Under the pieces are notes generated by a model. The model ran no database searches, was not told where the DNA came from, and saw only the letters and a list, made by a program, of their open reading frames with translations. This document shows positions 19,851 to 31,322 of a stretch of 64,000 nt of DNA, in pieces; position 1 is the first letter of the stretch; each line of letters opens with the position of its first letter. The position numbers and the translations under genes were made by a program. Origin of the DNA: an uncultured Chloroflexia bacterium (GTDB lineage: Bacteria > Chloroflexota > Limnocylindria > Limnocylindrales > CSP1-4); contig CAVZOG010000004.1 in NCBI GenBank assembly GCA_963776865.1, positions 705,317-769,316 of the forward strand, in the 5' to 3' direction.

Positions 19851-21983
19851 TCAGTCGACCAGGACGATCCCTGAAGAGACAGTCACCTGGACGCCGGCAG
19901 TGTCGGTCAGCGTGAGCAGCCAGCGGTAGCAATAGCCGTGCCGCAATTGTTCGGCGGTTGCCTCGGTTTCGCTGTACGAATAGTCGGTCGCGAGTGCGGC
20001 TTCGTCGCATGTGCCCGCCTCAGTGAAGGGCGCGGATTGGCGCTCGATCTGTCGCGTGGCGATGGGGGCATCGCCGACGGTCTCGACCCAGCCAACGCGG
20101 GCAGTGGCTGCCGATTGACGGGTCACTCCAGCCGCCGGCGCCACGAACGATGCGCTGGGAGGATCGCCGGCGACCGTGACCTGAAGCGTCACGTTCCGTT
20201 CGACGTCGGCCGCGATGGCCTTGACGGTGAGAGTGTGCTCGCCTGCCGCGACTGCGTCATCGACCTGCACCAGCAGCTCGCCGGTCGATCCGCCGATCAC
20301 CGCCTGGCCGGATGAGAATCCGGCCGGTGGCGCGATGAGGCTGACCGCGACCGGGTCGGCAAATCCGCCGATGCGGCTGAGCGTCACGTCAATCGCGAAT
20401 CGCTGGCCGGCGCCTGCCGATCCCTCCGGCTTATCAGCCCTCACGCCGAAGTCGGGCATCGCCCGGAAGTTGCCCACCCAGACCGCCCGCTCGTGCGTCC
20501 CGCGATCGGGATCGGACGAGGTCCGCCAGTCGAGCGTGCCGACTGCCTGGAGGGCGAGGCGTGTCTGGTGGGGAGTGGCCCGCGGATACATCGAGCGATA
20601 GATGGCGGCCGCGCCGGCGACGTGGGGCGAGGCCATCGAGGTGCCGCTCATCCATGCGTAGCGGCCACGTGTGTATGTCGAGAGGACGCATTTGCCGGGG
20701 GCGATCAGGTCGACGTCAGGCCCGTAATTGCTGAAGCGGGCGAACCCGTCGTCCGGCTCGGAGCTCCAGTACGGGCACGAGTCGGAGGCCTTGCCGCGAC
20801 CGCCGGGCCGTCCGTCGTAGTCGGCCATCGCCGACACGGTGATGACCTCGTCGTAGGCGGCGGGACGGTTGCGCCGCGCGTTACGCGACTCGTTGCCGGC
20901 CGCGACGGCATACGTCGTGCCGCGATTGACTGAGCGGCAGATGGCCATGTGCACGCCGTCGTGGCGCTGCCGGCCGCAATCGCGATCATTCGAGCCGGGC
21001 AACGTGAAGCTGATGCTCATGTTGGCCACCTCGAACCGTGGCCGGCTGGGCGCGCCAGGCTGGCGCTGTGCCGTGACCCAGTCGATGCCGCACACGATCG
21101 AGGACATGGAGCCGTGCCCGTTGCGGTTGAGAACCTTGACCGACCACAGCCGCGCACCGGCAGCAACGCCAACCACGCCGATGTTGTTGTCGAGCGCGCC
21201 GACGATGCCTGCGACATGCGTGCCGTGGCCGTTGTTGTCATCCCACTTGTCGCGATTGCGGCTGGTGCAGTTGAAGCCGCCGGCGACGTTGAGATCGGGG
21301 TGGTTACGCTGGATGCCGGTGTCGAGGATGGCCACGTCGGCATTGACCCTGCCACCGCCGCGCACGCCGATGACGGCCGACTGACGGGCGCCGACGCGGC
21401 GCACTCCGGCCGGCACGCGAACGCCCGGATTGCCGGTGGTGCGCACGCCGCCTGCTTCCATATCGGACAGGACGTCGCCGAGGTCGACCTGTTGGTCGGG
21501 CATGATCGTCGCGACCGCCGGGTTTCGCCCGATCGCGCCGAGCTGGGCGCGTGTCAGGCGCGCCGAGAAGCCACCCAGCGCGTTGCTGAAGACCTGATCG
21601 ACGGATACTCGGTCGCGCGCGGCGATTTCGCGCACGCGGCTGTTGACCAGATCGGGATCGACGCTGCGGTCGCGGGAATTGGTGTCGTCTACTCGGGCGC
21701 CACCGGTGGTGGCGCGTGAGTCGGTCAGAGTCGCGGCGCGCATCGACGCCGGCATCGCCTGGACGCGAAAGGGAACAGTACGGCCTGAGCCGACTGCTTC
21801 AAGCGCCCGGGCCGGAACTCCAACCGCTCCATCGTCGAACACCACGATGTACGGCTGGCGCGCCTCGCCGGCCATCACGAAGCCTGCCGGTGCCGCAACG
21901 GCGAGCAGCAGCAGTGTCAGAAATGTGTACCTCCGGATTCGACTGCGCGCAGCAGGCCGAACCCGCCCTCTCATCTCTTGCAT
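19851..21983 (-). CDS. Secreted S8 subtilisin-like serine protease with I9 propeptide and C-terminal extension
   Basis: Signal peptide; AILDTG, HGTHVAG, GTSMASPHVAG triad motifs. Confidence 0.93.
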   Translation of the reverse strand: MQEMRGRVRPAARSRIRRYTFLTLLLLAVAAPAGFVMAGEARQPYIVVFDDGAVGVPARALEAVGSGRTVPFRVQAMPASMRAATLTDSRATTGGARVDDTNSRDRSVDPDLVNSRVREIAARDRVSVDQVFSNALGGFSARLTRAQLGAIGRNPAVATIMPDQQVDLGDVLSDMEAGGVRTTGNPGVRVPAGVRRVGARQSAVIGVRGGGRVNADVAILDTGIQRNHPDLNVAGGFNCTSRNRDKWDDNNGHGTHVAGIVGALDNNIGVVGVAAGARLWSVKVLNRNGHGSMSSIVCGIDWVTAQRQPGAPSRPRFEVANMSISFTLPGSNDRDCGRQRHDGVHMAICRSVNRGTTYAVAAGNESRNARRNRPAAYDEVITVSAMADYDGRPGGRGKASDSCPYWSSEPDDGFARFSNYGPDVDLIAPGKCVLSTYTRGRYAWMSGTSMASPHVAGAAAIYRSMYPRATPHQTRLALQAVGTLDWRTSSDPDRGTHERAVWVGNFRAMPDFGVRADKPEGSAGAGQRFAIDVTLSRIGGFADPVAVSLIAPPAGFSSGQAVIGGSTGELLVQVDDAVAAGEHTLTVKAIAADVERNVTLQVTVAGDPPSASFVAPAAGVTRQSAATARVGWVETVGDAPIATRQIERQSAPFTEAGTCDEAALATDYSYSETEATAEQLRHGYCYRWLLTLTDTAGVQVTVSSGIVLVD

Positions 21984-22128
21984 CGGTTTGTGACGCTACG
22001 CACCAGACCCCCTCCCGAATAAGGAGCACAAGTACCTGCACTCGCAGGACCTCCGGCGAAAGCCGGATGGGACTGGTTCCCTTTGGCACGCTTGTTCGAT
22101 TTAGTGGCTCGACCTATACTCGGCGCCC

Positions 22129-25100
22129 GTGCCCCGGCGATCTTCCAGCAAGCTTCCGACCGACTCTCCGGCGGTTGATCCGCTCGCCGCGTTCACGCCC
22201 GCCACGCGCGATTGGTTCGCTGCCTCGTTCGATGCGCCGACTGCCGCCCAGGCCCTGGGCTGGCCGGCCATCGCGGCCGGTGAGCACGCGCTGATCTGCG
22301 CTCCCACCGGCTCGGGCAAGACGCTCGCCGCGTTCCTGTGGTGCCTCGATCGGTTGATGAGCGAGCCGGTCCCCGACGATCCGCTGCGCCGCCTGCGCGT
22401 CCTCTACGTTTCGCCGTTGAAGGCGCTCGTTCACGACGTGAACCGCAACCTTCGTTCGCCGCTCGCCGGTATCGCGCTGGCGGCGCGCAATCGCGGCGAG
22501 CACGACCTGACGCGCGATGTTCAGGTGGCGATGCGCACCGGCGACACGCCGGCCGAGGAGCGGCGCGCGTTCGGCAAGCGGCCGCCGGACATCCTGGTCA
22601 CCACGCCCGAGTCGCTCTACCTGCTGCTCACCTCGCAGGCGCGCGAGGCGCTGCGCGGCATCGAGTGGGTGATCGTCGACGAGATCCACGCCCTCGCCGG
22701 CACCAAGCGCGGCGCACACATGGCGCTGTCGCTCGAGCGGCTCGAGGCACTCACCGAGAAACCGCCGCAGCGCATCGGGCTGTCGGCGACGCAGCGTCCG
22801 CTGAGCGTCGTGGCCGGTTTCCTCGGCGGCCGCCAGCCGAGTCCGGATGGCGAACAGGCAGGTGAGCAGCGACCGGTGAGCATCGTCGATGCCGGCGTGC
22901 GCAAGCCGCTCGATCTCGAGGTCGTGGTACCGGTCGAGGACATGGCAGCGATCGGCGAGGTCCTGCCGCTCGATCAGCAGCCCGGCGGCTCGGCCGCGGG
23001 CGCCGACCAGCGCAGCTCGATCTGGCCCCAGATCCACCCGCGCATCCTGGAGCTGATCCGCGCGCACCGCTCGCACGATCGTCTTCGTCAACAGCCGACG
23101 GCTGGCCGAGCGGCTGGCGCTGCGACTCAACGAGCTGGCCGGCGAGGACCTCGTCCGTGCCCACCACGGCTCGCTGGCGCGCGAGGAGCGGCTGCTGATC
23201 GAGGAGCAGCTCAAGGACGGCCGGCTGCCCGCACTGGTCGCCACGAGCAGCCTCGAGCTCGGCATCGACATGGGCGCGGTCGACCTCGTCATCCAGGTCG
23301 AATCGCCCGGGTCGGTCGCGCGCGGACTCCAGCGCATCGGACGGGCGGGCCACCAGGTCGGCGAGCCGTCGCAGGGCGTGATCTTCCCCAAGTACCGCGG
23401 CGATCTGCTCGAGTCGGCGGTCGTCACGCGCGAGATGCTCGACGGCGAGATCGAGCCGACGGTCATTCCGCGCAACCCGCTCGACGTGCTCGCCCAGCAG
23501 CTCGTCGCCACCGCTGCCGACCGACGCTGGCAGGTGGACGAGCTGTACGAGCTCGTGCGTCGGGCAGAGAACTTCGCCGATCTGGGACGCGATTCGTTCG
23601 AGGCGACGCTGGGCATGCTCGCCGGCCACTACCCGGGCGACGAGTTCGCCGAGCTGCGGCCACGGGTCGTCTGGGATCGCGCCGCGGGCACCGTCGAGAG
23701 CCGCCGCGACGCGCGCACCGTCGCCGTCATCAGCGGCGGCACCATCCCCGACCGAGGCCTGTTCGGTGTCTTCCTGACCGAGGACGGCGACGCCGATGGC
23801 CGTGGCGCATCGACCCGCGCGAGATCGGCCGCGCGGCGGCGGCCGGCGCGTCGGCGAGCTCGACGAGGAGATGGTCTACGAGGCGCGCGAGGGCGAGGTC
23901 ATCCTGCTCGGCGCGAGCGCGTGGCGGATCGACCAGATCACCCACGACCGCGTGCTCGTCTCGCCGGCGCCCGGCGAGCCGGGCAAGGTGCCGTTCTGGA
24001 AGGGCGACGGGCCGGGCCGGCCGATCGAGCTCGGCCGCGCGCTGGGCGAGTTCACGCGCGAGATCGCCGAGACGGTCGCCGATGGGAGCCGCGGCCGGAA
24101 GAGAGCCGAGAAGCAGCTGCGCGAGGAGCACGAGCTCGACGAGCTCGCCGCGCGCAACCTGCTCGACTACCTCGACGAGGAGCAGTCGGTCACCGGCGCG
24201 CTGCCGACCGACCAGACGATCGTCCTGCAGCGCTTCCGCGACGAGCTGGGCGACTGGCGCATCTGCCTCCTGACGCCGTTCGGGGCGCGCGTCCACGCGC
24301 CGTGGGCGCTGGCGATCGAGGCACGCCTGCGCGAACGACTCGGCCTGGACGTCCAGCCGATCTGGTCGGACGACGGCATCGTCGTCCGCCTGCCGATGAC
24401 CGACGAGCTGGGCGGCGAGGGCCTTGCGGCCGATGGCGACGGTCCGGGGCGAGGCGGAGCGGTGGCCGCGGCCGAGGAGGCGGTCCGGATCGGCTCCGAG
24501 GAGGTCGAGGAGCTGGTCATCGGCGCGCTCGGTGGGTCGGCGCTGTTCTCGAGCCACTTCCGGGAGAACGCGGCGCGGGCGCTGCTGCTGCCGCGCCGCC
24601 GCGCCGGCCAGCGGACGCCGCTGTGGCAGATGCGCCAGCGCTCGGCGCAGCTGCTCGGCGTGGCCAGCCGCTACGGCATCCTTCCCGATCATCCTCGAGA
24701 CGTATCGCGAGGTGCCTCCAGGACGTCTTCGACCTGCCCGCGCTGAAGGGCATCCTGGCCGCCATCGAGCGGCGCGAGATCCGGCTCGTGAGCGTCGAGA
24801 CGCGGCGCGCGTCGCCGTTCGCGAGCTCGCTGATGTTCGACTACATCGCCTCGTACATGTACGAGGGCGACGCGCCGCTCGTCGACCGTCGCGCCCAGGC
24901 GCTGGCGCTCGACCGCGACCTGCTGCGCGAGCTGCTCGGCGCCGAGGAGCTGCGCGAGCTGCTCGACGCGGACGCGCTGGCCGAGCTGGAGCTCGAGCTC
25001 CAGTTCCTGGCGCCCGACCGAGCGGCGGGCTCGGCCGATGCGGTGCACGACCTCCTGCGCCGGCTGGGCGACCTGACTGCCGACGAGGTCGCCGCCCGGG

Positions 25101-26872
25101 TGCGCGGCCCGGACGAACGCGCCCGTGCCGCGGCCGCCGGGGAGTGGCTCGAGGCGCTGGCCGCCGACCGGCGCGCCGTGCGCGTCCGAATCCGCGGCGA
25201 GCAGCGCTGGATCGCGATCGAGGACGTCGCCCGCTATCGCGACGCGCTCGGCGTCGTCGCCGCCCGTCGGCGTGCCGCACGCGTTCCTCGGCGCCGACAC
25301 AGGATGCGCTGGCGGGACTGCTGGCGCGCTGGGCGCGGCATCACGGTCCGTTCCTGGCCGCCGAGCCGGCGACGCGCTGGGGTCTGCCGATCACTGAAGT
25401 CGAGGCGGAGCTGGAACGGATGCTCGCCGCCGGCACGCTGCTGCGCGGCGAGTTCCGGCCCGGCGGCGTCGAGCGCGAGTGGTGCCATCCCGAGGTGCTG
25501 CGCCTTCTTCGCCGCCGCTCGCTGGCCCGGCTGCGCCGCGAGGTCGAGCCAGTCGAGCCGCAGGCGCTGGCGCGCTTCCTGCCGCGCTGGCAGGGCATCG
25601 GCGAGCGGCGCAGCGGCGTCGATCGGCTGGCCGAGGTGATCGCCCAGCTCGAGGGGACGCCGCTGCCGGCGAGCGTCCTCGAGCGCGACGTGCTGCCCGC
25701 GCGAGTGGCCGGCTACTCGCCGCGACTGCTCGACGAGCTCGGCGCGGCGGGCGAGGTGGTCTGGATCGGTCTCGGCTCGCTCGGCCGCGACGACGGCCGG
25801 GTCGCGCTCTACCGACCCGACCGTCTGTCGCTGCTGCTGCCGGCCGGCGATGCGTCCCAGGAGAGGCCCGATTCGTGGCTCCACGATGCGATCCGGGGCT
25901 CAGCTGAGTGAACGGGGAGCGTCGTTCTATCGCGACGTCCTGGCCGCGGCGCTGCGGGCTGCCGCTGAGCGCGGCGAGCGACCGGTCCGCGAGCGCGACC
26001 TGCTCGACGCGCTGTGGGACCTCGTGTGGGCGACGGAGGTGACCAACGACACGTTCGCGCCGCTGCGCGCGCTGCGCTGGCCGCGCACCGGCTCAGCGCG
26101 GCGTGCGGGACCGGCGGGCACGACCCGACCACGCTTCACCAGCGCAGCGCGCATGGGCCCGCCCGAGGCGGCCGGCCGCTGGTCGCTCGTCAGCGACACA
26201 GTCGCGACGGCAGTCGCACTGCGCGGCGGAACGGAGCCGACACGAGACCGAGCGACGCCATGCCCACGCATTGCGTCTGCTGGACGCATACGGCGTCGTC
26301 ACCCGGGACACGGTCGCGGGGGAGGGCGTCACCGGCGGCTTCTCGGCGGTCTACCCGGTGCTGCGCGAGATGGAGGAGCGCGGCCGCGTCCGGCGCGGCT
26401 ACTTCGTCGAGGGCCTCGGCGGCGCGCAGTTCGCATTCCCGCGGCGCTCGACCGGCTGCGCGCCGAGCGTGCCGACGCCGGCGGCGACCGCGGCGCGACC
26501 GATGTCCAGCTGCTTGCCGCATCAGATCCGGCCAACCCGTACGGCGCAGCGCTCGCCTGGCCGCGCTGGTCGGACGATGACCGACGGCCGCTCGCGCGCG
26601 GTGCCGGCGCGTACGTCGTGATCGTCGACGGCGAGCCGGTCGTGTACCTCGAGCGCGGCGGCAAGACCCTCCAGACGCTGCCGGCGTTCGCCGATCGTGA
26701 GACCGCCGCGGTCGCCCTCAACGCTCTTCGTCAGCTGCTCGCCGACGGCCGCTTCCGCTCACTCCAGATCGAGCGCGTCGACGGCTTGCCCGTCGCCGAC
26801 TCGCCGCACTCCGACGCGCTCGCGGCGGCCGGATTCCAGCGTTCGTACCGCGGCTGGCTGTTGCGTGCCTGA
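22129..26872 (+). CDS. lhr: Large helicase-related (Lhr) DEAD/H helicase; several frameshifts
   Basis: APTGSGKT, YVSPLKAL, VDEIH, GLSATQ, QRIGRAGH, SGGTIPDRG, C-terminal DPANPYG; adjacent to nei. Confidence 0.92.
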
Positions 26873-27695
26873 GGGCGACACCCTCGCCCGGATCGCGTCG
26901 GCACTGTCACCGGTCCTGACCGGCAAACGGATCACCGCTGCAAGAGGTCGGCCCGGCGGAGCACAGCTCGAGCGCGTGGTCGGCCAGAAGGTCGAATCGG
27001 TCGAGTCTCGCGGCAAGCACCTGTTGATCGCGTTCGATGGCGGAATGACCCTGCACACCCATCTCGGTCTGCACGGGTCGTGGCACCGCTACCGCTCGAC
27101 TGAGCCCTGGCGGCGCGCCCCGAGCCGCGCCGTGGCCGTTCTCGACACGTCGGATTGGGTCGCGGTCTGCTTCGACGCCCCGACGGTCGAGCTGATAGAC
27201 ACCCGAGCGGTCGACCTTCACCCGGCTCTCCGTCGCCTTGGACCGGATCTCGCCCGCGCCGACGTCGATATCGACGCAGCGTTTGCCGCGCTGCGTGAGC
27301 CGGCTCGGACGGACATGGCTGTCGGTGACGCGCTGCTCGACCAGCGCGCGGCGGCGGGTCTGGGCAACGTCTATCGCAGCGAGCTGTGCTTCATCGAGCG
27401 TGTCGATCCGTTCACACCCGTATCAGGCGTGGCCGACGAGACGCTGCGCCGGATGCTCGAGCGGGGCGCGACGTTGGTCAAGGCAAACAGCGCCGGCGGC
27501 GCGCGGGTTACGACCACGGCCGGCACACCGGGTGACCTGTACGTCTACGGTCGAACCGGCCGGCCATGCCGCCGGTGCGGGACGAGGATCAAATCGGCCA
27601 CGAGCCGCGTGCGCGAGGGTAGCAACCCACGCCGCACCTACTGGTGCCCGCGCTGCCAACCGCCGTGGGACCAGCTCACCGCCACTGTCGGTTGA
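26865..27695 (+). CDS. nei: Fpg/Nei-family DNA glycosylase
   Basis: PEGDT start, SRGKHLL, GLGNVYRSE, CxxC...CxxC zinc finger. Confidence 0.92.
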   Translation: MPEGDTLARIASALSPVLTGKRITAARGRPGGAQLERVVGQKVESVESRGKHLLIAFDGGMTLHTHLGLHGSWHRYRSTEPWRRAPSRAVAVLDTSDWVAVCFDAPTVELIDTRAVDLHPALRRLGPDLARADVDIDAAFAALREPARTDMAVGDALLDQRAAAGLGNVYRSELCFIERVDPFTPVSGVADETLRRMLERGATLVKANSAGGARVTTTAGTPGDLYVYGRTGRPCRRCGTRIKSATSRVREGSNPRRTYWCPRCQPPWDQLTATVG

Positions 27696-27722
27696 GGCGC
27701 GCCAACGTGCGATGGTAGGCAG

Positions 27723-28823
27723 GTGAGGCTCGGCTTCGACCTGCGCATCATGCGTTACCCGCCCGGCGGGACTGCGGCGTACGCCCAGACGACGATGGAC
27801 CGGATGGCGCTTCATCGTCCCGAGGGATGGGAGGTCGTGGGGCTGCCCGGCTGGCCGCGGCTCGCCCATGGACGCGAGTTGCCCGCGCCACTCCGTCGCA
27901 CCGCGAACGTCGCCCTCGATGTCGGATGGCTGGGCTGGGGAGCGCCCCTGGAAGCCGCGCGTCACCGGTTGGACGCATGGTTCACGCCCGCCAGCTTCCT
28001 CCCGCTGGCGTTGCCACGACCGCAGGTCGCCATCATGCACAACCTCGCCTTCCTGATCGTGCCCGAGCTGTTCGGACGCGAGTTCGTGGAGGTTGCCGAG
28101 CGGCTCCATCGCCTCGCGGTCACTCGGGCGGCGCGAATCATCACTCCGACCGAGTTCTTGCGCGAAGTCGTCGTCGAGCGGCTGAACGCGCCGCCAGATC
28201 GTGTCAGCGTGATCGGCTGGGGAATGGATCACCTGCCAGTCCCTGCCGAGTCTTCGGGCGTGAACGTGGCTCGGCCGTACGCCCTGTTCATCGGCCAGAC
28301 CCAGCCCCACTGGAACGTGGATGTCCTGCTCGACGCGTGGGGCCGCGGCGTGCCGGACGACCTGATCCTGGTGATCAGCGGTGCAGCCGGCAGCGACGAC
28401 CAGCGGCTGCGTAAAAGGATCGCCGATGAGGGCCTTGCCGGGCGCGTGGTGTTCACCGGCATGCTGCCTGGGCCGGAATTGATGGCGCTCATTCGCGACG
28501 CTCGGCTGTTCGTGGACCCGAGTCTCGCGGAGGGATTCGGCAAACCGGTGATCGAGACGATGATGCTCGGCATTCCCTGCGCTGTCTCAGATCGCGGCGC
28601 CCTGCCCGAGGTCACGCAACAGGCCGCCCTGATCTTTGACGCGACCGACCCCGACGCCGTGGTCGATGCGGTGACGCGGCTCCATCACGACGACGAGCTG
28701 CGCCGCACGTTGAGCGAGCGCGGACCGGTCGTCACGCGACGCTTTCGCTGGGAGACTGCGGCGCTTGGCTACTGGGACGAGGTTCGTGCCGCCATCGGTG
28801 ATCCGGTGGTCAGCCGCCAGTAG
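27723..28823 (+). CDS. GT4 glycosyltransferase
   Basis: PSLAEGFGKPVIE, SDRGALPEV. Confidence 0.9.
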   Translation: MRLGFDLRIMRYPPGGTAAYAQTTMDRMALHRPEGWEVVGLPGWPRLAHGRELPAPLRRTANVALDVGWLGWGAPLEAARHRLDAWFTPASFLPLALPRPQVAIMHNLAFLIVPELFGREFVEVAERLHRLAVTRAARIITPTEFLREVVVERLNAPPDRVSVIGWGMDHLPVPAESSGVNVARPYALFIGQTQPHWNVDVLLDAWGRGVPDDLILVISGAAGSDDQRLRKRIADEGLAGRVVFTGMLPGPELMALIRDARLFVDPSLAEGFGKPVIETMMLGIPCAVSDRGALPEVTQQAALIFDATDPDAVVDAVTRLHHDDELRRTLSERGPVVTRRFRWETAALGYWDEVRAAIGDPVVSRQ

Positions 28824-29899
28824 GCACGACGCACAACGGCCTTCGGAACATCGTCCACGGCCGGCAGGTCCCAGGCGCAGCGCAGATAGTCGACGAACCC
28901 GGGCACGTCCTGCCACGCGTCCGGCGCGGTGCGTGCCCAGGCGAACCAATAACGGGGCAGCTCGCCGAGATGATCGTGCCGCCGAGTCCGAATCTGATGC
29001 TCAAGCCGCTCGGCCAAGCGCGCGCCCTCGTCGTCGCCAACATCGGTGAGCTGCTCGGGGACGGTGACGCGCATCGCCACTTGCAGGTAGGACAGACTCG
29101 CTCGTGAACGCACCACCATCCGTCGCCGAGCGACCTCGGAGGCGAAGGCAACCCAGTCGACGTCACCACGGCGAACGATGAGAGTGGCGTCGGCGACCCA
29201 GCGCACGGCCGGGTCGGCTGCCCATTTGGCGCCTGTCGCGAGGCTATGGACGAGCATCGGCGCCGGGGCGAGCATGCGCGTAGGAACTCCCTCGACATCG
29301 AGCGGTACCGAGCTCGCCCACGCCTCGTCGTCGGCGTGAGGGCCAACGTCCTCCTCGTGGATGGACCAATGAAAGTCGAGCGTCCGACCCGTTGGATCGT
29401 GCAGCGACACGCCGTGCCGCAGGCGGAAGTACGTGTCGTCGACCCGGCGCTCTGGCGACCAACCAAGTCGAGACAGCGCCACCAGCGCTGATGGAGCGTC
29501 GGAACGCCGCACAAGGATGTCGAAATCCGACATTGGCCGGAGAGCCACGTCGCCGTAGTAGGCAAGCCCAAGTGGCACGCCCTTCAAGACCAGCGTCTCA
29601 TGACCCGCGTCGCGCAGCGCTGCCAGCGCCTGAGAGCAAAGCCGGACGAGGAGCCGGTTGTGAGCCCACCAATAGCGCTGCACGCCGTGGAGCCGGCTCT
29701 CCCAAGGATTCTCGAGCCCGAGCCGCTGCACGTTGCGCTGCACGAGCGGCAGCAGTCGCAGCGCGCCCGGATCGAGGGTGTCGAGGTCCGTCGTGGCCAG
29801 GGCGTGGCGCCACGCCCGTGCGGCGTCGTCGGTGTCCCACAGCGCCGCGCGAAGCAGCGCCAGCGCGGCGCGGCTCGGCCAGAAGCCTGGACGCCTCAC
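28769..29899 (-). CDS. Nucleotidyltransferase family protein (NTP_transf_5-like)
   Basis: LVLKG, YYGDVALRPMSDFDILV, LDFHW. Confidence 0.85.
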   Translation of the reverse strand: MRRPGFWPSRAALALLRAALWDTDDAARAWRHALATTDLDTLDPGALRLLPLVQRNVQRLGLENPWESRLHGVQRYWWAHNRLLVRLCSQALAALRDAGHETLVLKGVPLGLAYYGDVALRPMSDFDILVRRSDAPSALVALSRLGWSPERRVDDTYFRLRHGVSLHDPTGRTLDFHWSIHEEDVGPHADDEAWASSVPLDVEGVPTRMLAPAPMLVHSLATGAKWAADPAVRWVADATLIVRRGDVDWVAFASEVARRRMVVRSRASLSYLQVAMRVTVPEQLTDVGDDEGARLAERLEHQIRTRRHDHLGELPRYWFAWARTAPDAWQDVPGFVDYLRCAWDLPAVDDVPKAVVRRAYWRLTTGSPMAARTSSQ

Positions 29900-30615
29900 T
29901 CGCCCACGAGGCCGCGCTGCCCGGTCCCCCGGCGCCGGACCAGGGCGGCATGTGCGGCTCGAACGTACTCGTCGCGCAGCTGGCGGTTGCGGATCCCGTG
30001 GTTATCTGCATGGAGTCGCCGAAAGACGAGCGGCCGCTCAACGGTCGCCGTGCGCAGCCCTGCGTCAGCTGCCCGACTCCACCAATCGAGCTGCTCGGCC
30101 AGCCGATACGTCGGGTCGAACTCTCCGACGCGCAGAAAGCTGGCGCGGCGGATCAGCACGCTCTCCCACACAGGGCCGCGCAATACCTGCGTCGGGTTCC
30201 CTCCGTCGATCGCAACCTGTTGCCACTCTGCCTCGGGCACCTGGGCGACGAGACAGCCGACTGCCTCAACGTCGCCGACCAGCAGGGGCAACTGCAGCTC
30301 CAGCTTGTTGGCAGCCCATCGGTCGTCCGCATCCACGGACGCGATCAGCGGCAGTCGCGACTCGGCAACGGCGCGGTTGCGCGCCCGGCTCACGCCCAAG
30401 TTCTCCTGGCGCACGACGCGTACGCGGTCGCCAAAGGAGCGCGCCACGCCGGCCGAGCCATCGGTCGAGCCGTCATCGACGACCAACACCTCGCCCGGCG
30501 GCATCGATTGCCCAACCACGCTCTCAATCGCCTCGCCGATGAGGTCGGCGTTATTGAAGACGGTGATCAGCACGCTGACCTGGCCCGAGCCCCAGGCAGG
30601 CTCACTCCCCGTCAC
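29896..30615 (-). CDS. GT2 glycosyltransferase
   Basis: VVDDGSTD, GVSRARN, DADD. Confidence 0.9.
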   Translation of the reverse strand: MTGSEPAWGSGQVSVLITVFNNADLIGEAIESVVGQSMPPGEVLVVDDGSTDGSAGVARSFGDRVRVVRQENLGVSRARNRAVAESRLPLIASVDADDRWAANKLELQLPLLVGDVEAVGCLVAQVPEAEWQQVAIDGGNPTQVLRGPVWESVLIRRASFLRVGEFDPTYRLAEQLDWWSRAADAGLRTATVERPLVFRRLHADNHGIRNRQLRDEYVRAAHAALVRRRGTGQRGLVGE

Positions 30616-31322
30616 CTGTCCGCGTTCGCTGCCTGGCGTCGCTTGATCGAGGCCGCCAGGACGCCGAGCATGTCGCTCGAGCCGTCAGGGTGACCCGAGA
30701 GGTTGGCCGTGTGGATGCGCTTGTCGAGCACGACGTCGGGCACGATCGCCACGTCGATCTGCGCATCTCGCGCGCGCACCAGCCAATCGGCGTCACTGCC
30801 GATCTGGTAGCGCTCGTCGAACAGGCCGAGTGACTCGAAAACGCTGCGCCGGACGAGCATCGTGCCGGGCAGGTAGCCGACGCGCTGTGTGCCGACCATC
30901 CAGCCACGAGTGCCCATCCATGACGGAATGGGACAGCCGGGCTCGACAAAGAGAGTGATATGGCCGAGCGAGTACCCCGCAGTCGGCGCGGCACGCAGAG
31001 CATTGACCTGCAGATCGAGCTTGTTCGGCCGCCATTTGTCGTCCTGATCGATGAACGCAACGAGCTCGCCTCTCGCTTCGCTGATACCCCGGTTGCGCGC
31101 TCCGGTACATCCGGTGTTTGACTGGCTGACGACTCGGACCGTTGGGTACTGCGTGAGGATCTCGGCGCTGCCGTCGGTCGAGCCGTCGTCGACACAGATC
31201 ACTTCCGTGTCCGGATAGCTCTGGGCAAGCACGGACTCGACAGCCTCGCCGAGGAACGCCGCGCCGTTGTAGACCGGGATAACCACGCTCACCAAGCCCG
31301 TCTGAGCACGGCCGGCATCCAC
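30612..31322 (-). CDS. GT2 glycosyltransferase
   Basis: VSVVIPVYN, VDDGSTD, DQDD. Confidence 0.92.
   Translation of the reverse strand: MDAGRAQTGLVSVVIPVYNGAAFLGEAVESVLAQSYPDTEVICVDDGSTDGSAEILTQYPTVRVVSQSNTGCTGARNRGISEARGELVAFIDQDDKWRPNKLDLQVNALRAAPTAGYSLGHITLFVEPGCPIPSWMGTRGWMVGTQRVGYLPGTMLVRRSVFESLGLFDERYQIGSDADWLVRARDAQIDVAIVPDVVLDKRIHTANLSGHPDGSSDMLGVLAASIKRRQAANADR

Noticed and set aside
22020-22080. Two hairpins upstream of the S8 protease as a riboswitch
   Set aside because: A GAAA-capped stem is present, but the conserved c-di-GMP or c-di-AMP core sequences could not be matched by eye.
22084-22098. Sigma-54 promoter (TGGCAC)
   Set aside because: The -12 TTGC element is missing (TTCG) and a good sigma-70-type -10 box lies downstream.
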